64,000 bases of DNA from Pseudomonadota bacterium (GTDB lineage Bacteria > Pseudomonadota > Alphaproteobacteria > Rhizobiales > JAKPQE01). The position numbers and the translations under genes were made by a program. Below the pieces are notes generated by a model. The model saw only the letters and a list, made by a program, of their open reading frames with translations, did no database searches and had not been told where the DNA came from. The first letter of the stretch is position 1, and the number at the start of each line of letters is the position of its first letter. Shown in pieces: positions 28,856 to 39,996 of the stretch. The DNA lies in assembly GCA_029572955.1 (NCBI GenBank), contig JAKPQE010000034.1, positions 116,968-180,967 on the forward strand, written 5' to 3'.

Positions 28856-31330
28856 CTAAGGCCGCGCGTCGGCGCCGCCTGCCGGCCCGAAATCCGGCTT
28901 CCAGCCGCGCAGCAGCGCCGCGTTGGAGACCACCGACACCGAGCTCATCGCCATCGCCGCCCCGGCGATCGCCGGCGACAGGAAGCCGAGCGCGGCGAGC
29001 GGGATGCCGACGATGTTGTAGACGAACGCCCAGAAGAGGTTCTGGCGGATCTTGGTGCGCGTGCGCCGCGAGGCGTCGAGCGCCGCCGCGACGAGGCGCG
29101 GATCGGGGCGCATCAGCGTGATCGCCGCCGTCTCCAGCGCGACGTCGCTGCCCGTACCCATGGCGATGCCGACATCGGCGGCGGCGAGCGCCGGGGCGTC
29201 GTTGACGCCGTCGCCGACCATCGCGACCACCTTGCCGCCCGCGCGGAAGTCCTCGACCGCCCGGCTCTTCTCCTCCGGCCGCACCGGCCCGCGCCAGTGC
29301 TGCAGGCCGGCCTCGGCGGCGATCGCCGCGGCGACCTTGGCGGCGTCGCCGGTCAGCATGCCGGTCTCGATGCCGCGCGCCCCGAGCGCCGCGATCGCCG
29401 CCCGGCTCGTCTGCCGCAGCGGATCGGCGAGGGCGACGAGCCCGGCGGTCCGGCCGTCGACGGCGACCGTCGCGACCGTCTTGGCTTCCGCCTCGAGACC
29501 CGCCGCCGCCTCGGCGAGCGCCGCGGCGTCGACGCCCTTTGCCGCCATCAGCGCCGCATTGCCGACGACGACGGCCTTGCCGTCGACGATGCCCTCGACG
29601 CCGGCGCCGGTCGTCGAGCGGAAGCCTTCGACCTTGGCCGCCGCGAGACCGTCCGCCGTGGCGCGTTCGACCATCGCCCGCGCCAGCGGATGCTCGCTCA
29701 TCGCCTGCACGGCGGCGGCAAGGCCGAGCACCTGCGGCCTCGAAAAGCCCTCGGCGGCGACGATGTCGGTCACTGCCGGCCGGCCTTCGGTCAGCGTCCC
29801 GGTCTTGTCGAAGACGACGAGGTCGACGTCGCCGGCGCGCTCCAGCGCCTCGATGTCCTTGATGAGGATGCCGGCCCTCGCGGCCGCACCGGTACCGGCG
29901 ACGAGCGCCGTCGGGGTGGCGAGCCCGAGCGCGCAGGGGCAGGCGATGACGAGCACCGAGACCGCCGCGACGAGCGCCTCCTCGAAGCTGCCGCCGGCAA
30001 CGAGCCAGCCGGCGAAGGTGAGAATGGCGATGCCGATCACCACCGGCACGAAGACCGCGGCGATGCGGTCGACGAGGCGCTGGATCGGCACCTTGCCGGT
30101 CTGCGCCGCCTCGACGAGACGGACGATCCGGGCGATCGTCGTCTCCTCGCCGACCGCCATCGTCTCGATCTCGATCGCCCCGGTGCCGTTGATGGTGCCG
30201 GCGGTGACCCGGTCGCCGGGCCGCTTCTCGACCGGCAGGCTCTCGCCGGTGACGAGCGACTCGTCGATCTCCGTCGCGCCGCGCGCGATCCGTCCGTCGA
30301 CCGGCAGGCTCTCGCCGGGCCGCACGAGCACGATGTCGCCGTGGCGCACGAGCTCGACCGGAACGGTCTCCTGCCGCCCGTCGACGAGCCGCGTCGCGGT
30401 CTCAGGCTTCAGCTTCATCAGCGCCCGCACCGCGGCGCTCGTGCCGCGCTTTGCCCGCGCTTCCATGTACTTGCCGAGGAGCACGAGGGTGAGGATCGCC
30501 GCCGCGCCCTCGAAATAGAGATGGCCGCGCGCCGCATCGCCCATCCGGAGCAGGACGACGAGGCTGTAGAAATAGGCCGCCGAGGTGCCGAGCGAGACGA
30601 GCACGTCCATATTGGCCGAGCCGCCGCGCAGCGCCTTCCAGCCGCCGCGATAGAAGCGCTGGCCGACGAGGACCTGCACCGGCGTTGCGAGCGCCAGTTC
30701 CAGCCAGGGCGAGATATGCAGCATGATGCCGAACGGCATCAGCAGCATCGGCAGCACCAGCGGAACGGTGAGGAGGGCCGAAAAGGCGAGGAGCCACAGC
30801 GTGTGCCGCTCCTCGCGCGCCCGGCGTTCGTCCGCCTCCGCCTCGCGCCGCCGCCGCGCCTCCGCCCGGCTCTCCATCACCCGGGCACCGAAGCCGGCCC
30901 CCTCGACGGCCGCCACGAGCTCGGCCGGATCGATGCCGGCGCCGGCGATAGATGCCTGTTCGAGGGCGAGATTGACGCTGGCCGAGGCAACGCCCGGAAC
31001 CCGCGCGAGCACCTTTTCGAGCCGTGCCGAACAGGCCGCGCAGGTCATGCCGGAAATTTCGAGGCCGATGACGCCGGCCGGCGGCGCCTCTTCGCTCTCG
31101 CGCGGCACGGCGCCGAAGCCGGCGCCTTCCACCGCCGCGACGAGGGCGGTCGCATCGAGGTCCGATCCGGCGATCGTCGCCTGTTCGAGGGCGAGATTGA
31201 CGCTGGCCGAGGCAACCCCCGGAACCCGCGCGAGCACCTTTTCGAGCCGTGTCGAACAGGCCGCGCAGGTCATGCCGGTGACGTCGAGCGTCACGCTCTG
31301 CGGTTCGATTGCTGCACGCGCTTCGGCCAT
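28856..31330 (-). CDS. copA: copper-translocating P1B-type ATPase with two N-terminal HMA domains
   Basis: 824 aa. Two [15 protein letters not shown] HMA domains, the CPC motif ([11 protein letters not shown]), DKTGTLT, and GDGVNDAP. Confidence 0.93.
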   Translation of the reverse strand: MAEARAAIEPQSVTLDVTGMTCAACSTRLEKVLARVPGVASASVNLALEQATIAGSDLDATALVAAVEGAGFGAVPRESEEAPPAGVIGLEISGMTCAACSARLEKVLARVPGVASASVNLALEQASIAGAGIDPAELVAAVEGAGFGARVMESRAEARRRREAEADERRAREERHTLWLLAFSALLTVPLVLPMLLMPFGIMLHISPWLELALATPVQVLVGQRFYRGGWKALRGGSANMDVLVSLGTSAAYFYSLVVLLRMGDAARGHLYFEGAAAILTLVLLGKYMEARAKRGTSAAVRALMKLKPETATRLVDGRQETVPVELVRHGDIVLVRPGESLPVDGRIARGATEIDESLVTGESLPVEKRPGDRVTAGTINGTGAIEIETMAVGEETTIARIVRLVEAAQTGKVPIQRLVDRIAAVFVPVVIGIAILTFAGWLVAGGSFEEALVAAVSVLVIACPCALGLATPTALVAGTGAAARAGILIKDIEALERAGDVDLVVFDKTGTLTEGRPAVTDIVAAEGFSRPQVLGLAAAVQAMSEHPLARAMVERATADGLAAAKVEGFRSTTGAGVEGIVDGKAVVVGNAALMAAKGVDAAALAEAAAGLEAEAKTVATVAVDGRTAGLVALADPLRQTSRAAIAALGARGIETGMLTGDAAKVAAAIAAEAGLQHWRGPVRPEEKSRAVEDFRAGGKVVAMVGDGVNDAPALAAADVGIAMGTGSDVALETAAITLMRPDPRLVAAALDASRRTRTKIRQNLFWAFVYNIVGIPLAALGFLSPAIAGAAMAMSSVSVVSNAALLRGWKPDFGPAGGADARP
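30954..31278. repeat. intragenic direct repeat (two ~100-bp near-identical copies, offset 225 bp) encoding the duplicated HMA domains
   Basis: 30954-31053 and 31179-31278 differ at only a few positions (gcctgttcgagggcgagattgacgctggccgaggcaac...caggtcatgccgg). Confidence 0.8.
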
Positions 31331-31351
31331 CCGGCGGTCTCCTTGCCCGAG

Positions 31352-31383
31352 GAGATAGAGCCTCCTGTCACGGGAAGGTCAAG
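31352..31383 (-). promoter_or_regulatory. MerR/CueR-type promoter-operator of copA
   Basis: The minus strand reads cTTGACCttcccgtgacaggaggctcTATCTC. The -35 and -10 elements are separated by 19 bp and embed an imperfect dyad ACCTTCC-N7-GGAGGCT. AAGGAG lies 8 nt before the copA ATG. Confidence 0.5.
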
Positions 31384-31460
31384 GCCGGCACCCCTCGCCT
31401 GGGCCACAGTCGGCGCCTGCCGCAACGGCAACCCAGAGTTATGCGAAAATCACATATGCT

Positions 31461-31514
31461 GCATGCGTTTTCCGCATGCCATTTGCGAGAATTCGCCTCG
31501 ACAAGGGCGAATTC
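31461..31514. promoter_or_regulatory. two inverted repeats upstream of emrA (candidate operators)
   Basis: gcatgcg-ttttc-cgcatgc (31461-31479) and gaattcgcc-N8-ggcgaattc (31489-31514). The second ends about 45 nt before the emrA ATG. Confidence 0.3.
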
Positions 31515-31558
31515 CGGCCGCAACTAGGGCCCTTCTCCAAACGAGCCGCGGGTTCGCC

Positions 31559-32665
31559 ATGTCAGAACAGGTTTCCGAGACCGCGGCGGGCGCGGCAGAG
31601 CCCGAGGCCGCGCCGAACGCGCCGGTCGACAAGGCCTCCAAGCGCAAGCTCCGCATTCTCGCGCTCGCCCTCGTCGTCGCCGGCATCGCCGCCGCCGCGT
31701 GGTGGCACTATCAGGCGCGCTATCCCTCGACCGAGGACGCCTACCTGCAGGCCAACATCGTGCGCATCGGCGCCCGGGTCGGCGGCACCATCCTCGACGT
31801 CGCTGCCACCGACCATCAGCGCGTCGCCCGCGGCGATCTGCTGTTCCGGATCGATCCGGCGCCTTACGAGGCCAATGTCCGCCAGGCCGAGGCCGCCCTC
31901 GAACAGGCGCTGCAGGCCGCCGGCGCCAGCGGCGCCGAGGTCGAGGCCGCCCGGGCCGGCGTCGAGAAAGCGCGGGCCGGCTTCGTCAACACCGAGCGCG
32001 CCTATGGCCGCACCGCCAAGCTGCGCAAGACCGGCGACGTCGCCGAAGCGGCCCTCGACAAGGCGCGGAGCGACCTCGACCAGGCCAAGGCCGCGGTCGC
32101 CGCCGCCGAAGCCGATCTGCAGCGTGCCGAAGCCGCGCTCGGTGCGGGCGGCGCCGCCAATGCCGGCGCCCGCGCCGCCGCCGCCGCGCTCGACCGCGCC
32201 CGCCTCGATCTCGACGACACCCGGGTCGTCGCCCCCGCCGACGGCTGGCTCGCCACCGTCGCCATCCGTCCCGGCCAGACGATCGGCGCCGGCGCCGCGC
32301 TCTTTGCCCTCGTCGAGGACGGCGAATGGTGGGTCGAGGCGAACTTCAAGGAAACCGACCTCGGCCGCATCCGTCCCGGCCAGCCCGCGACGATCGAGGT
32401 CGACGCCTATCCCGACCTCGAGCTCGCCGGCACGGTGGAAAGCATCGGCCCGGGCTCGGGCGCCGTCTTCTCGATGCTGCCGCCGGAAAACGCCACCGGC
32501 AACTGGGTCAAGGTCACCCAGCGCTTCACCGTGCGCGTGCGCATCGACAACCCGCCGACCGAGGCCCGGCACCAGCTCCGCGTCGGCGCTTCGAGCGTCG
32601 TGCGCGTCGACACCACGGTGGAAGGCAATGCCGAGGCCACCGGCAAGGCGGGCGGCGCGTCGTGA
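31559..32665 (+). CDS. emrA: HlyD/EmrA family membrane fusion protein
   Basis: Real 3' part of ORF 29297..32665. Start ATG 31559 (MSEQVSE...). TM anchor LRILALALVVAGIAAAAWW, coiled-coil region, TRVVAPADGW, and WVKVTQRFTVRV. Confidence 0.85.
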   Translation: MSEQVSETAAGAAEPEAAPNAPVDKASKRKLRILALALVVAGIAAAAWWHYQARYPSTEDAYLQANIVRIGARVGGTILDVAATDHQRVARGDLLFRIDPAPYEANVRQAEAALEQALQAAGASGAEVEAARAGVEKARAGFVNTERAYGRTAKLRKTGDVAEAALDKARSDLDQAKAAVAAAEADLQRAEAALGAGGAANAGARAAAAALDRARLDLDDTRVVAPADGWLATVAIRPGQTIGAGAALFALVEDGEWWVEANFKETDLGRIRPGQPATIEVDAYPDLELAGTVESIGPGSGAVFSMLPPENATGNWVKVTQRFTVRVRIDNPPTEARHQLRVGASSVVRVDTTVEGNAEATGKAGGAS

Positions 32666-34206
32666 GCGAAGCGGCGGCCCTTCCCGCCCCGGCCGTCAGG
32701 ACCCGCCACGCCCGCTGGCCGCTGGTCGTCGCCGTCGTGCTGGCGGCGATCCTCGAAGTGCTCGACACGACCATCGTCAATGTCGCGATCCCGCACATGC
32801 TCGGCTCGTTCGGCGCGACCATGGACCAGATCACCTGGGTGCTGACGAGCTACATCGTCTCGGCCGCCGTGGTGATGCCGCTGACCGGCTATCTCTCGAC
32901 CCGCTTCGGCCGGCGCAACCTGCTGGTCACCGCCATCATCGGCTTTGCCATCTCCTCGATGCTCTGCGGCATCGCCTGGAGCCTCGTCTCGATGGTGGTG
33001 TTCCGCCTCGCCCAGGGTTGCTTCGGCGCCGTGCTGGTGCCGCTCTCCCAGACCATCCTCTTTACCGCCTTCCCGCGCGAGAAGCGCGGCCAGGCCATGG
33101 CCCTGTTCGGTCTCGGCATCATCGTCGCCCCGGTGCTCGGCCCGACCATCGGCGCCATCCTCACCGAGGCCTTCACCTGGCGCGCGGTGTTCTACGTCAA
33201 CCTGCCGGTCGCCGCCCTGGCGCTCGCCCTCGCCATCGGCGAGATCCCCTCCGAGCCGCCGAAGCCGATCCGCACCGACTGGATCGGCCTCGGCCTCCTC
33301 GCCCTCTCCGTCGGCGCGCTGCAGTTCACCATCGATCAGGGCGAGAGCCGCGACTGGTTCGCCTCGCGGATCATCCAGACCTCTGCCTTCGTGTCGGGCT
33401 CGATGGGGCTCGCCTTCATCTGGTGGGCCTGGTCGAAGCGCGATGCCATCGTCGACCTGCACCTCTTCAAGGACCGCAACTTCCTTGCCGCCAATGTCGC
33501 GATGCTCGCCTTCGGCGTCTCCATGTTCGGCTCGATCGCCCTCATCCCGCTGCTGGTGCAGCGCCTGCTCGACTATCCGGTGCTGGATTCGGGGCTTCTG
33601 TTCATGCCGCGCGGCCTTGCCGCCGGCGTCTCGATGATCCTCGTCGGCTCGGTGCTGCTGAAGCGCGTCGACCCGCGCATCCTCGTCGCCATCGGCCTCA
33701 GCCTGACCGCCGCCGGCAACATCACCCTCGCCTCGATCGATCTCGACGTCGATTTCTGGCGCCTCGCCTGGCCCGGCATCATCGCCGGCTTCGGCATGGG
33801 TTTCTTCTTCGTGCCGCTGTCGACGGTCGCCTTCGACCGCATCCCGCCCCGACAGGCCGACGAGGCCGCCGGGCTCTACGGCGTCATGCGCTCGATCGGC
33901 TCGTCGATCGGCATCGCCTTCGTCGGCTGGCAGATGGTCAACCGCACCCAGATCCACTGGAATGCCCTCGTCGGCCACGTCACGCCGTGGAGCCACGAGG
34001 CGCGGGCCTATCTCGCCCCGCTCGGGCTCGATCCGTCGAGCCCCGAGGGCGCCCGGCTGATCGCCCGCGAGATCGCCCGCCAGGCGCAGATGTTCGCCTA
34101 TATCGAACTCTTCTGGGTGCTCGGCTGGACCGCGCTCGCGATGTTCCCGGTCATCCTGCTGATGCGCAAGCCGACCCACGGCCCCGGCATGCCCGGCGCG
34201 CACTGA
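32662..34206 (+). CDS. emrB: DHA2-family MFS efflux transporter (EmrB/QacA type)
   Basis: Real part of ORF 31699..34206. GTG 32662 overlaps the emrA stop. LDTTIVNVAIPHM...GYLSTRFGRRN, 14-TM type. Confidence 0.85.
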   Translation: MSEAAALPAPAVRTRHARWPLVVAVVLAAILEVLDTTIVNVAIPHMLGSFGATMDQITWVLTSYIVSAAVVMPLTGYLSTRFGRRNLLVTAIIGFAISSMLCGIAWSLVSMVVFRLAQGCFGAVLVPLSQTILFTAFPREKRGQAMALFGLGIIVAPVLGPTIGAILTEAFTWRAVFYVNLPVAALALALAIGEIPSEPPKPIRTDWIGLGLLALSVGALQFTIDQGESRDWFASRIIQTSAFVSGSMGLAFIWWAWSKRDAIVDLHLFKDRNFLAANVAMLAFGVSMFGSIALIPLLVQRLLDYPVLDSGLLFMPRGLAAGVSMILVGSVLLKRVDPRILVAIGLSLTAAGNITLASIDLDVDFWRLAWPGIIAGFGMGFFFVPLSTVAFDRIPPRQADEAAGLYGVMRSIGSSIGIAFVGWQMVNRTQIHWNALVGHVTPWSHEARAYLAPLGLDPSSPEGARLIAREIARQAQMFAYIELFWVLGWTALAMFPVILLMRKPTHGPGMPGAH

Positions 34207-34240
34207 CGCGGCCGGAGTCTCGTACCGGGGGCCCTCGGTA

Positions 34241-34885
34241 TCAGAGCGCGACGAACTCGTCGGTTTCCTCGTCGAGCACCATCAGGTGGCCGCCGGCGAT
34301 GTCGTAGAAGGCGCCGTGCAGGGTGAGGGATCCGCGCTCTTCGAGGGTGCGGATGCAGGGGAAGGTCCTCAGATTGCGCATCGAGGTGCGCACCGCCTCG
34401 CGCTCGAGCTGGGCGAGATGGACATGGCGCGGCGCATCCGGCTGCGCGGCGATGATCGAGGCCCGCGCCTCGCCGATGATCGACATCCAGCGCCGCACGA
34501 AATCGCCGCGCTCGTCGGGCTCGCCGGCCGGCGTCTCGTAGGCCGCCCGGATGCCGCCGCACTGGGCGTGGCCGAGCACCACGAGGTCGGTCACCCTGAG
34601 CGACAGGACGGCGAATTCGAGCGCCGCCGAGACGCCGTGGTAATTGCCGCCGGTCTCGTAGGGCGGCACCAGATTGGCGACGTTGCGCACGACGAAGAGA
34701 TCGCCGGGCCCGGCCGTGAACACCGCCTCCGGGTGGACCCGCGAATCGCAGCAGCTCACCACCATCACCTTCGGGCTCTGCCCGTAGACGGCGAGCGCCT
34801 GATAGTCGTCGCGGTTGGGCTCGAACTCGGTCGTCTGGAACCGCCGAAAGCCTTCCGTGAGAGTCGCCGGAAACTTGATCCCCAT
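34241..34885 (-). CDS. can: beta-class carbonic anhydrase
   Basis: 214 aa. SCCDSRV and GHAQCGG zinc-ligand motifs. Confidence 0.9.
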   Translation of the reverse strand: MGIKFPATLTEGFRRFQTTEFEPNRDDYQALAVYGQSPKVMVVSCCDSRVHPEAVFTAGPGDLFVVRNVANLVPPYETGGNYHGVSAALEFAVLSLRVTDLVVLGHAQCGGIRAAYETPAGEPDERGDFVRRWMSIIGEARASIIAAQPDAPRHVHLAQLEREAVRTSMRNLRTFPCIRTLEERGSLTLHGAFYDIAGGHLMVLDEETDEFVAL

Positions 34886-34969
34886 TCTGCCCCGTCCGTT
34901 TCTTGTCGGTCTTCCCGTGCGGATGCCCGAGGGGCACCCGCGCTATCAGGCGCAGGAACCCCCCTGCCG

Positions 34970-36172
<1,203 letters not shown>

Positions 36173-36348
36173 CGATACCTCCGTCGATTTCCGCGCCGGC
36201 CCGATGGCGGCGTTCCTTGCGGCCGATATAGGTAGCGCTGCGCCGCACACAACCGAAATCGGCAGCGCCGCCGTCGATTTCCCCCCGTTGGCCCGCCGGC
36301 GATTTGCGCTTAGGCTCCGACCGAGCCAACCGGGAGGACTGCGGCGCG

Positions 36349-37176
36349 ATGAAAACCCACCTCGTGAAAGCCGGCGACGGCACCGTTCTCGCCGTCGACG
36401 AAGCCGGCGATCCCGCCGGCCCGCCGATCCTGTTCATCCACGGCTACAGCCAGTCGCGCCTGTGCTGGCACCGCCAGATGACCGGCATTCTCGCCGCCCG
36501 CCATCGCCTCGTCGCCATGGACATGCGCGGCCACGGCCTTTCCTCGCGGCCGCACGACGCCTATGGCGACAGCCGGGTCTGGGCCGACGACGTCGCCGCC
36601 GTGATCGAGACGCTGGCCCTCGACCGGCCGGTCGTCAGCGCCTGGTCCTATGGCGGCGCGCTCCTCTGCGATTACGTCCGCTTCCACGGCACGAAGGGCA
36701 TCGCCGGCCTGCAGTTCGTCGCCGCCGTCTCCAAGCTCGGCAAGCCGTCACTGGCCTATCTCGGCGCCGATTTCCTCGCGCTCATGAAGGGGTTCGTCTC
36801 GACCGACGCCGAGGCGAGCGTCGCCGCCCTCGAAAACCTCACCGCCCTCGTGCCGGCCGCGCCGCTCGACCCGCTCGAGGCGGCGAGCCTTCTCGGCGAG
36901 GCGGTGATCGTGCCGCCGCATGTGCGTCGCGGCCTCTTCTCGCGCACCCTCGACAACGACGATCTCCTGCCGCAGATCGCCTGTCCGGTGCTCTTGACGC
37001 ACGGCTCGGCCGATCGCGTCATCCTGCCGAGCCTGTCGGAGCACCACGCGAGCCTCATGCCGAATGCCACCCTGTCGCGCTTCGAAGGGTTCGGCCACGC
37101 CCCCTTCCTCGAGGCGACCGACCGTTTCGACAGGGAGCTTGCCGCCTTCGTCGCGACCGCCCGGGCGGCCGGCTGA
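36349..37176 (+). CDS. alpha/beta hydrolase
   Basis: ORF 36304..37176 trimmed to ATG 36349, preceded by GGGAGGA. HGYSQS, nucleophile elbow AWSYGG, C-terminal GHAPFLE. Confidence 0.8.
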   Translation: MKTHLVKAGDGTVLAVDEAGDPAGPPILFIHGYSQSRLCWHRQMTGILAARHRLVAMDMRGHGLSSRPHDAYGDSRVWADDVAAVIETLALDRPVVSAWSYGGALLCDYVRFHGTKGIAGLQFVAAVSKLGKPSLAYLGADFLALMKGFVSTDAEASVAALENLTALVPAAPLDPLEAASLLGEAVIVPPHVRRGLFSRTLDNDDLLPQIACPVLLTHGSADRVILPSLSEHHASLMPNATLSRFEGFGHAPFLEATDRFDRELAAFVATARAAG

Positions 37177-37255
37177 TCGGCCGGTTTCCGGCCCGCCCCT
37201 CCCATGTTTTAATGTTAGGGGTCCGAACCACGGATCCGAAAAAAGGGAGGGTACG

Positions 37256-37645
37256 ATGCACCCCTTCAGGACGATTGCCGCCGCGGCCGCCGCGACAGTG
37301 CTTCTCGGCACCGGCACCGCCGGGGCCATGGGCCTCGACTTCAGCTGGGCGGGCACCGGCAAGTGCTTCGACAAGAAGTCGCCGCCCTTTACCGTCAGCG
37401 GCGTGCCGAAGGGCACCAAGAAGCTGCGCTTCCGGATGGTCGACCTCGATGCGCCGAACTATCCGCATGGCGGTGGCACGGTCGGCTATTCCGGCAAGGG
37501 CTCGATTCCGAGCGGCGCCTTCAAGTATACCGGGCCGTGCCCGCCGGGCGGCCAGCACCTCTATCAGTGGACGGTGCAGGCGCTCGACGAATCCGGCAAG
37601 GTGATCGGCACCGCAAAGGCGAAGAAGAAGTTCCCGCCGAAGTGA
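37256..37645 (+). CDS. YbhB/YbcL (PEBP/Raf-kinase-inhibitor-like) family protein, secreted
   Basis: ORF 37064..37645 trimmed to ATG 37256, preceded by AGGGAGG. Signal peptide. SPPFTVSGVPKGTKKLRFRMVDLDAP and GPCPPGGQHLYQWTVQALD. Confidence 0.75.
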   Translation: MHPFRTIAAAAAATVLLGTGTAGAMGLDFSWAGTGKCFDKKSPPFTVSGVPKGTKKLRFRMVDLDAPNYPHGGGTVGYSGKGSIPSGAFKYTGPCPPGGQHLYQWTVQALDESGKVIGTAKAKKKFPPK

Positions 37646-37709
37646 CGCGCTCTCCGCCCGGCCTCGCGCCGCCCGGCGGCGGCACGAGGACGAGAGGAAA
37701 GGAGACGCG

Positions 37710-38294
37710 ATGGGCGACCGGCACGGCGGCATGGAGCCATGCATGCGCGCACCCTCGCCATGGGTGCTGCGCTTCCTTCGAGGGGTTCGCCCGGCCGGGA
37801 CGATGCTCGACGTCGCCTGCGGCGGCGGCCGTCACCTGCGCGCCGCCCTGGCGGCGGGGCTGACGGTCACCGGCATCGACCGAAACCTCGAGGACGTCGC
37901 CGACCTCGCCGGTCGGCCGGACGTCGAACTCGTCGAGGCCGATCTCGAGAACGGCAGCCCGTTCCCGCTCGCCGGCCGCCGTTTCGACCTCGTCGTCGTC
38001 ACCAACTACCTCTGGCGCCCGCTCTTTCCCGCGCTCCTCGACGCCCTTGCCGATGACGGCGTGCTCGTCTACGAGACCTTCGCGCTCGGTCACGACCGCA
38101 ACGGCCGGCCGGTCGACCCCGCCTTCCTGCTCGGTCCCAACGAGTTGCTGCGTCTTCTCGACGACCGCGCGGTGGTCGTCGCCTACGAGCACGGCGTCAT
38201 TCCGCCGCCGCCCCGGCCGAAGATCGTGCAGCGCGTCGCCGCCGTCGGCCGCGCCCATCGCTGGGCGAATGGCGAGCCGATGCCGCTCGGCTAG
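37710..38294 (+). CDS. class I SAM-dependent methyltransferase
   Basis: 194 aa. Motif I LDVACGGGRH, then DLVVVTNYL. The start is uncertain (several in-frame Met within the first 12 codons). Confidence 0.75.
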   Translation: MGDRHGGMEPCMRAPSPWVLRFLRGVRPAGTMLDVACGGGRHLRAALAAGLTVTGIDRNLEDVADLAGRPDVELVEADLENGSPFPLAGRRFDLVVVTNYLWRPLFPALLDALADDGVLVYETFALGHDRNGRPVDPAFLLGPNELLRLLDDRAVVVAYEHGVIPPPPRPKIVQRVAAVGRAHRWANGEPMPLG

Positions 38295-38411
38295 CGTTTC
38301 CCGGCCAAGCGGAAACCGGTTCGCCTCTGGCGAGCGCGACACGTGAACGGCCGGGGACCCTCCGTCGAATCCGTGAAGAAATGAACGCCGGCGGGCGGCC
38401 GGCCGTGCCGG

Positions 38412-39050
38412 TCAGTCGACCTCGAAAACGCCGCTGCCGGCCGCCATCCGGCGCAGCCGGGCAAAGGCGAGGCGGGTGCGCGACTTGACCGTGCCGAGCG
38501 GCAGCCCGGTGTGTTCCGCGATCTCGGCCTGCGACATGCCATCGTAGAAGGCGAGCTTCAGCACTTCGCGTTGCTCGTCCGGAAGCTCCTCGAGAACCGC
38601 CTGGACCTGCAGCTTGCGACGGCCCTCGTCGATGCCCTCGTCGGGGTGCTCGGCGCCATCGGTGATCCCGCGCGCCATATCGATCGTCACCAGGCCGACA
38701 CTGCCGCGCCGCATCAGGTCGATGAATCGATTGCGGGCGATCCGGAATAGCCAGGTGCCGACCGACGACCTGTCAGGCCGAAACTGATCGGCCTTCGTCC
38801 ACAGCGTCAGCAGGGCATCCTGGGCGAGTTCCTCGGCAAGATCGGAACTCGCGCCCCGTCGCATCAGGTAGGATTTCAGGCGCGGCGTATAGTGATCGAA
38901 GAGCGTGGCGAATGCCGCACGGTCGCGTTTTTCTGCGACCGCTTCGACCAGATCGGCGAAGGTCTCACGGTTCCAATTCAATGAGCCACACCAAGTCGCA
39001 ACGCGGACAGGATACCTGTCACTTTCCGTAAGGAAAACACCTGCTGACAA
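38412..39050 (-). CDS. ECF-type RNA polymerase sigma-70 family factor
   Basis: Region 2 (DLAQDALLTLW...WLFRIARNRFIDLMR) and region 4 (LPDEQREVLKLAFYDGMSQAEIAEHTGLPLGTVKSRTRLA). The start is uncertain (TTG 39050 or an internal TTG). Confidence 0.85.
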   Translation of the reverse strand: MSAGVFLTESDRYPVRVATWCGSLNWNRETFADLVEAVAEKRDRAAFATLFDHYTPRLKSYLMRRGASSDLAEELAQDALLTLWTKADQFRPDRSSVGTWLFRIARNRFIDLMRRGSVGLVTIDMARGITDGAEHPDEGIDEGRRKLQVQAVLEELPDEQREVLKLAFYDGMSQAEIAEHTGLPLGTVKSRTRLAFARLRRMAAGSGVFEVD

Positions 39051-39306
39051 AGTTTACGCAACACCGGCGGCTGATTTTTTCCCGATTGACGTTCCGGGGC
39101 ATATTGCAGGTCCGGATCGCCCACCTGCCAAACTGTCGCCCCAGTTTTCTGGTCCGCCTTGCTCCTGACACGAGGAGGCCAGCCAAAAAGGTATCGAAGG
39201 CGTTAACGTTCACCATTTGCTAACGGCTTCGGATATACCCCTAGTTGGTCAGGATTCGGGACCTCAGGGTCCCAAAATGCAAGGCTACGGGAAGGGACGT
39301 TCGCAT

Positions 39307-39816
39307 ATGCAACTCGCACGCACCCTCACCGCGGCGGCGCTCGCGCTCGCTCTGGGAGCGACCGTGGCGGCGGCGCAGAAAGCGACTCCGCTGGAGCAGT
39401 ACAAGGACTGGGGCGCCTACGCCTTCTCGGCCGGTGGCGGCAAGGTCTGCTACGCCATCTCCAAGCCGACCGCCAAGGAGCCCGGCGACCGGAATCACGG
39501 TGACGTCTTCTTCTTCGTCACCCACCGGCCGTCCGAAAAGGTCCGCAACGAGGCGAGCCTGCTCGTCGGATATACGTTCCGCGAGGGCTCGCCGGTGACC
39601 GTCGACATCGACGGCACGAAGTATCGCATGTTCTCCAAGGGCGACGGCGCCTGGGTCGAGAACGCCGCCGAGGAAGGTCGCCTGATCGGCGCCATGAAGG
39701 CCGGTCACGGCATGACCGTCTCGGGCACCTCGAGCCGCGGCACCGACACCAAGTACACCTTCTCGCTCTCCGGCGTCACCGCCGCGCTCGGCCGCATCGA
39801 CAAGGAATGCAACTGA
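39307..39816 (+). CDS. invasion-associated locus B (IalB) family protein
   Basis: ORF 39217..39816 trimmed to ATG 39307 ([24 protein letters not shown] signal). YKDWGAY...GKVCYAISKP...TFSLSGVTAALGRIDKEC. Confidence 0.8.
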   Translation: MQLARTLTAAALALALGATVAAAQKATPLEQYKDWGAYAFSAGGGKVCYAISKPTAKEPGDRNHGDVFFFVTHRPSEKVRNEASLLVGYTFREGSPVTVDIDGTKYRMFSKGDGAWVENAAEEGRLIGAMKAGHGMTVSGTSSRGTDTKYTFSLSGVTAALGRIDKECN

Positions 39817-39861
39817 GCGAGGCGATCGCGCCGCGGTCTTCGCGGCGACATGGGGGTTTCG

Positions 39862-39894
39862 ACCGGCGCCGGCCATCCCGGCGCCGGTTTTTTC
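39862..39894 (+). terminator. rho-independent terminator after ialB
   Basis: accggcgccgg-ccatc-ccggcgccggt followed by tttttt. Confidence 0.75.
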
Positions 39895-39996
39895 TCGTGC
39901 CGGACCCCGCTTCTTCGAAAACGGACCGGGCGACCTAAATAAAAAGGCCGCGCCGGGCCGCCCGTCGCATGCTATAGGGCGCCGGAGAGAAGGCCC

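Noticed and set aside
29297-31558. 5' two-thirds of the 1122-aa plus-strand ORF antisense to copA
   Set aside because: Only the 3' part from ATG 31559 (HlyD/EmrA) looks like a protein. The upstream part is antisense to copA and Arg/Asp/Gly-rich.
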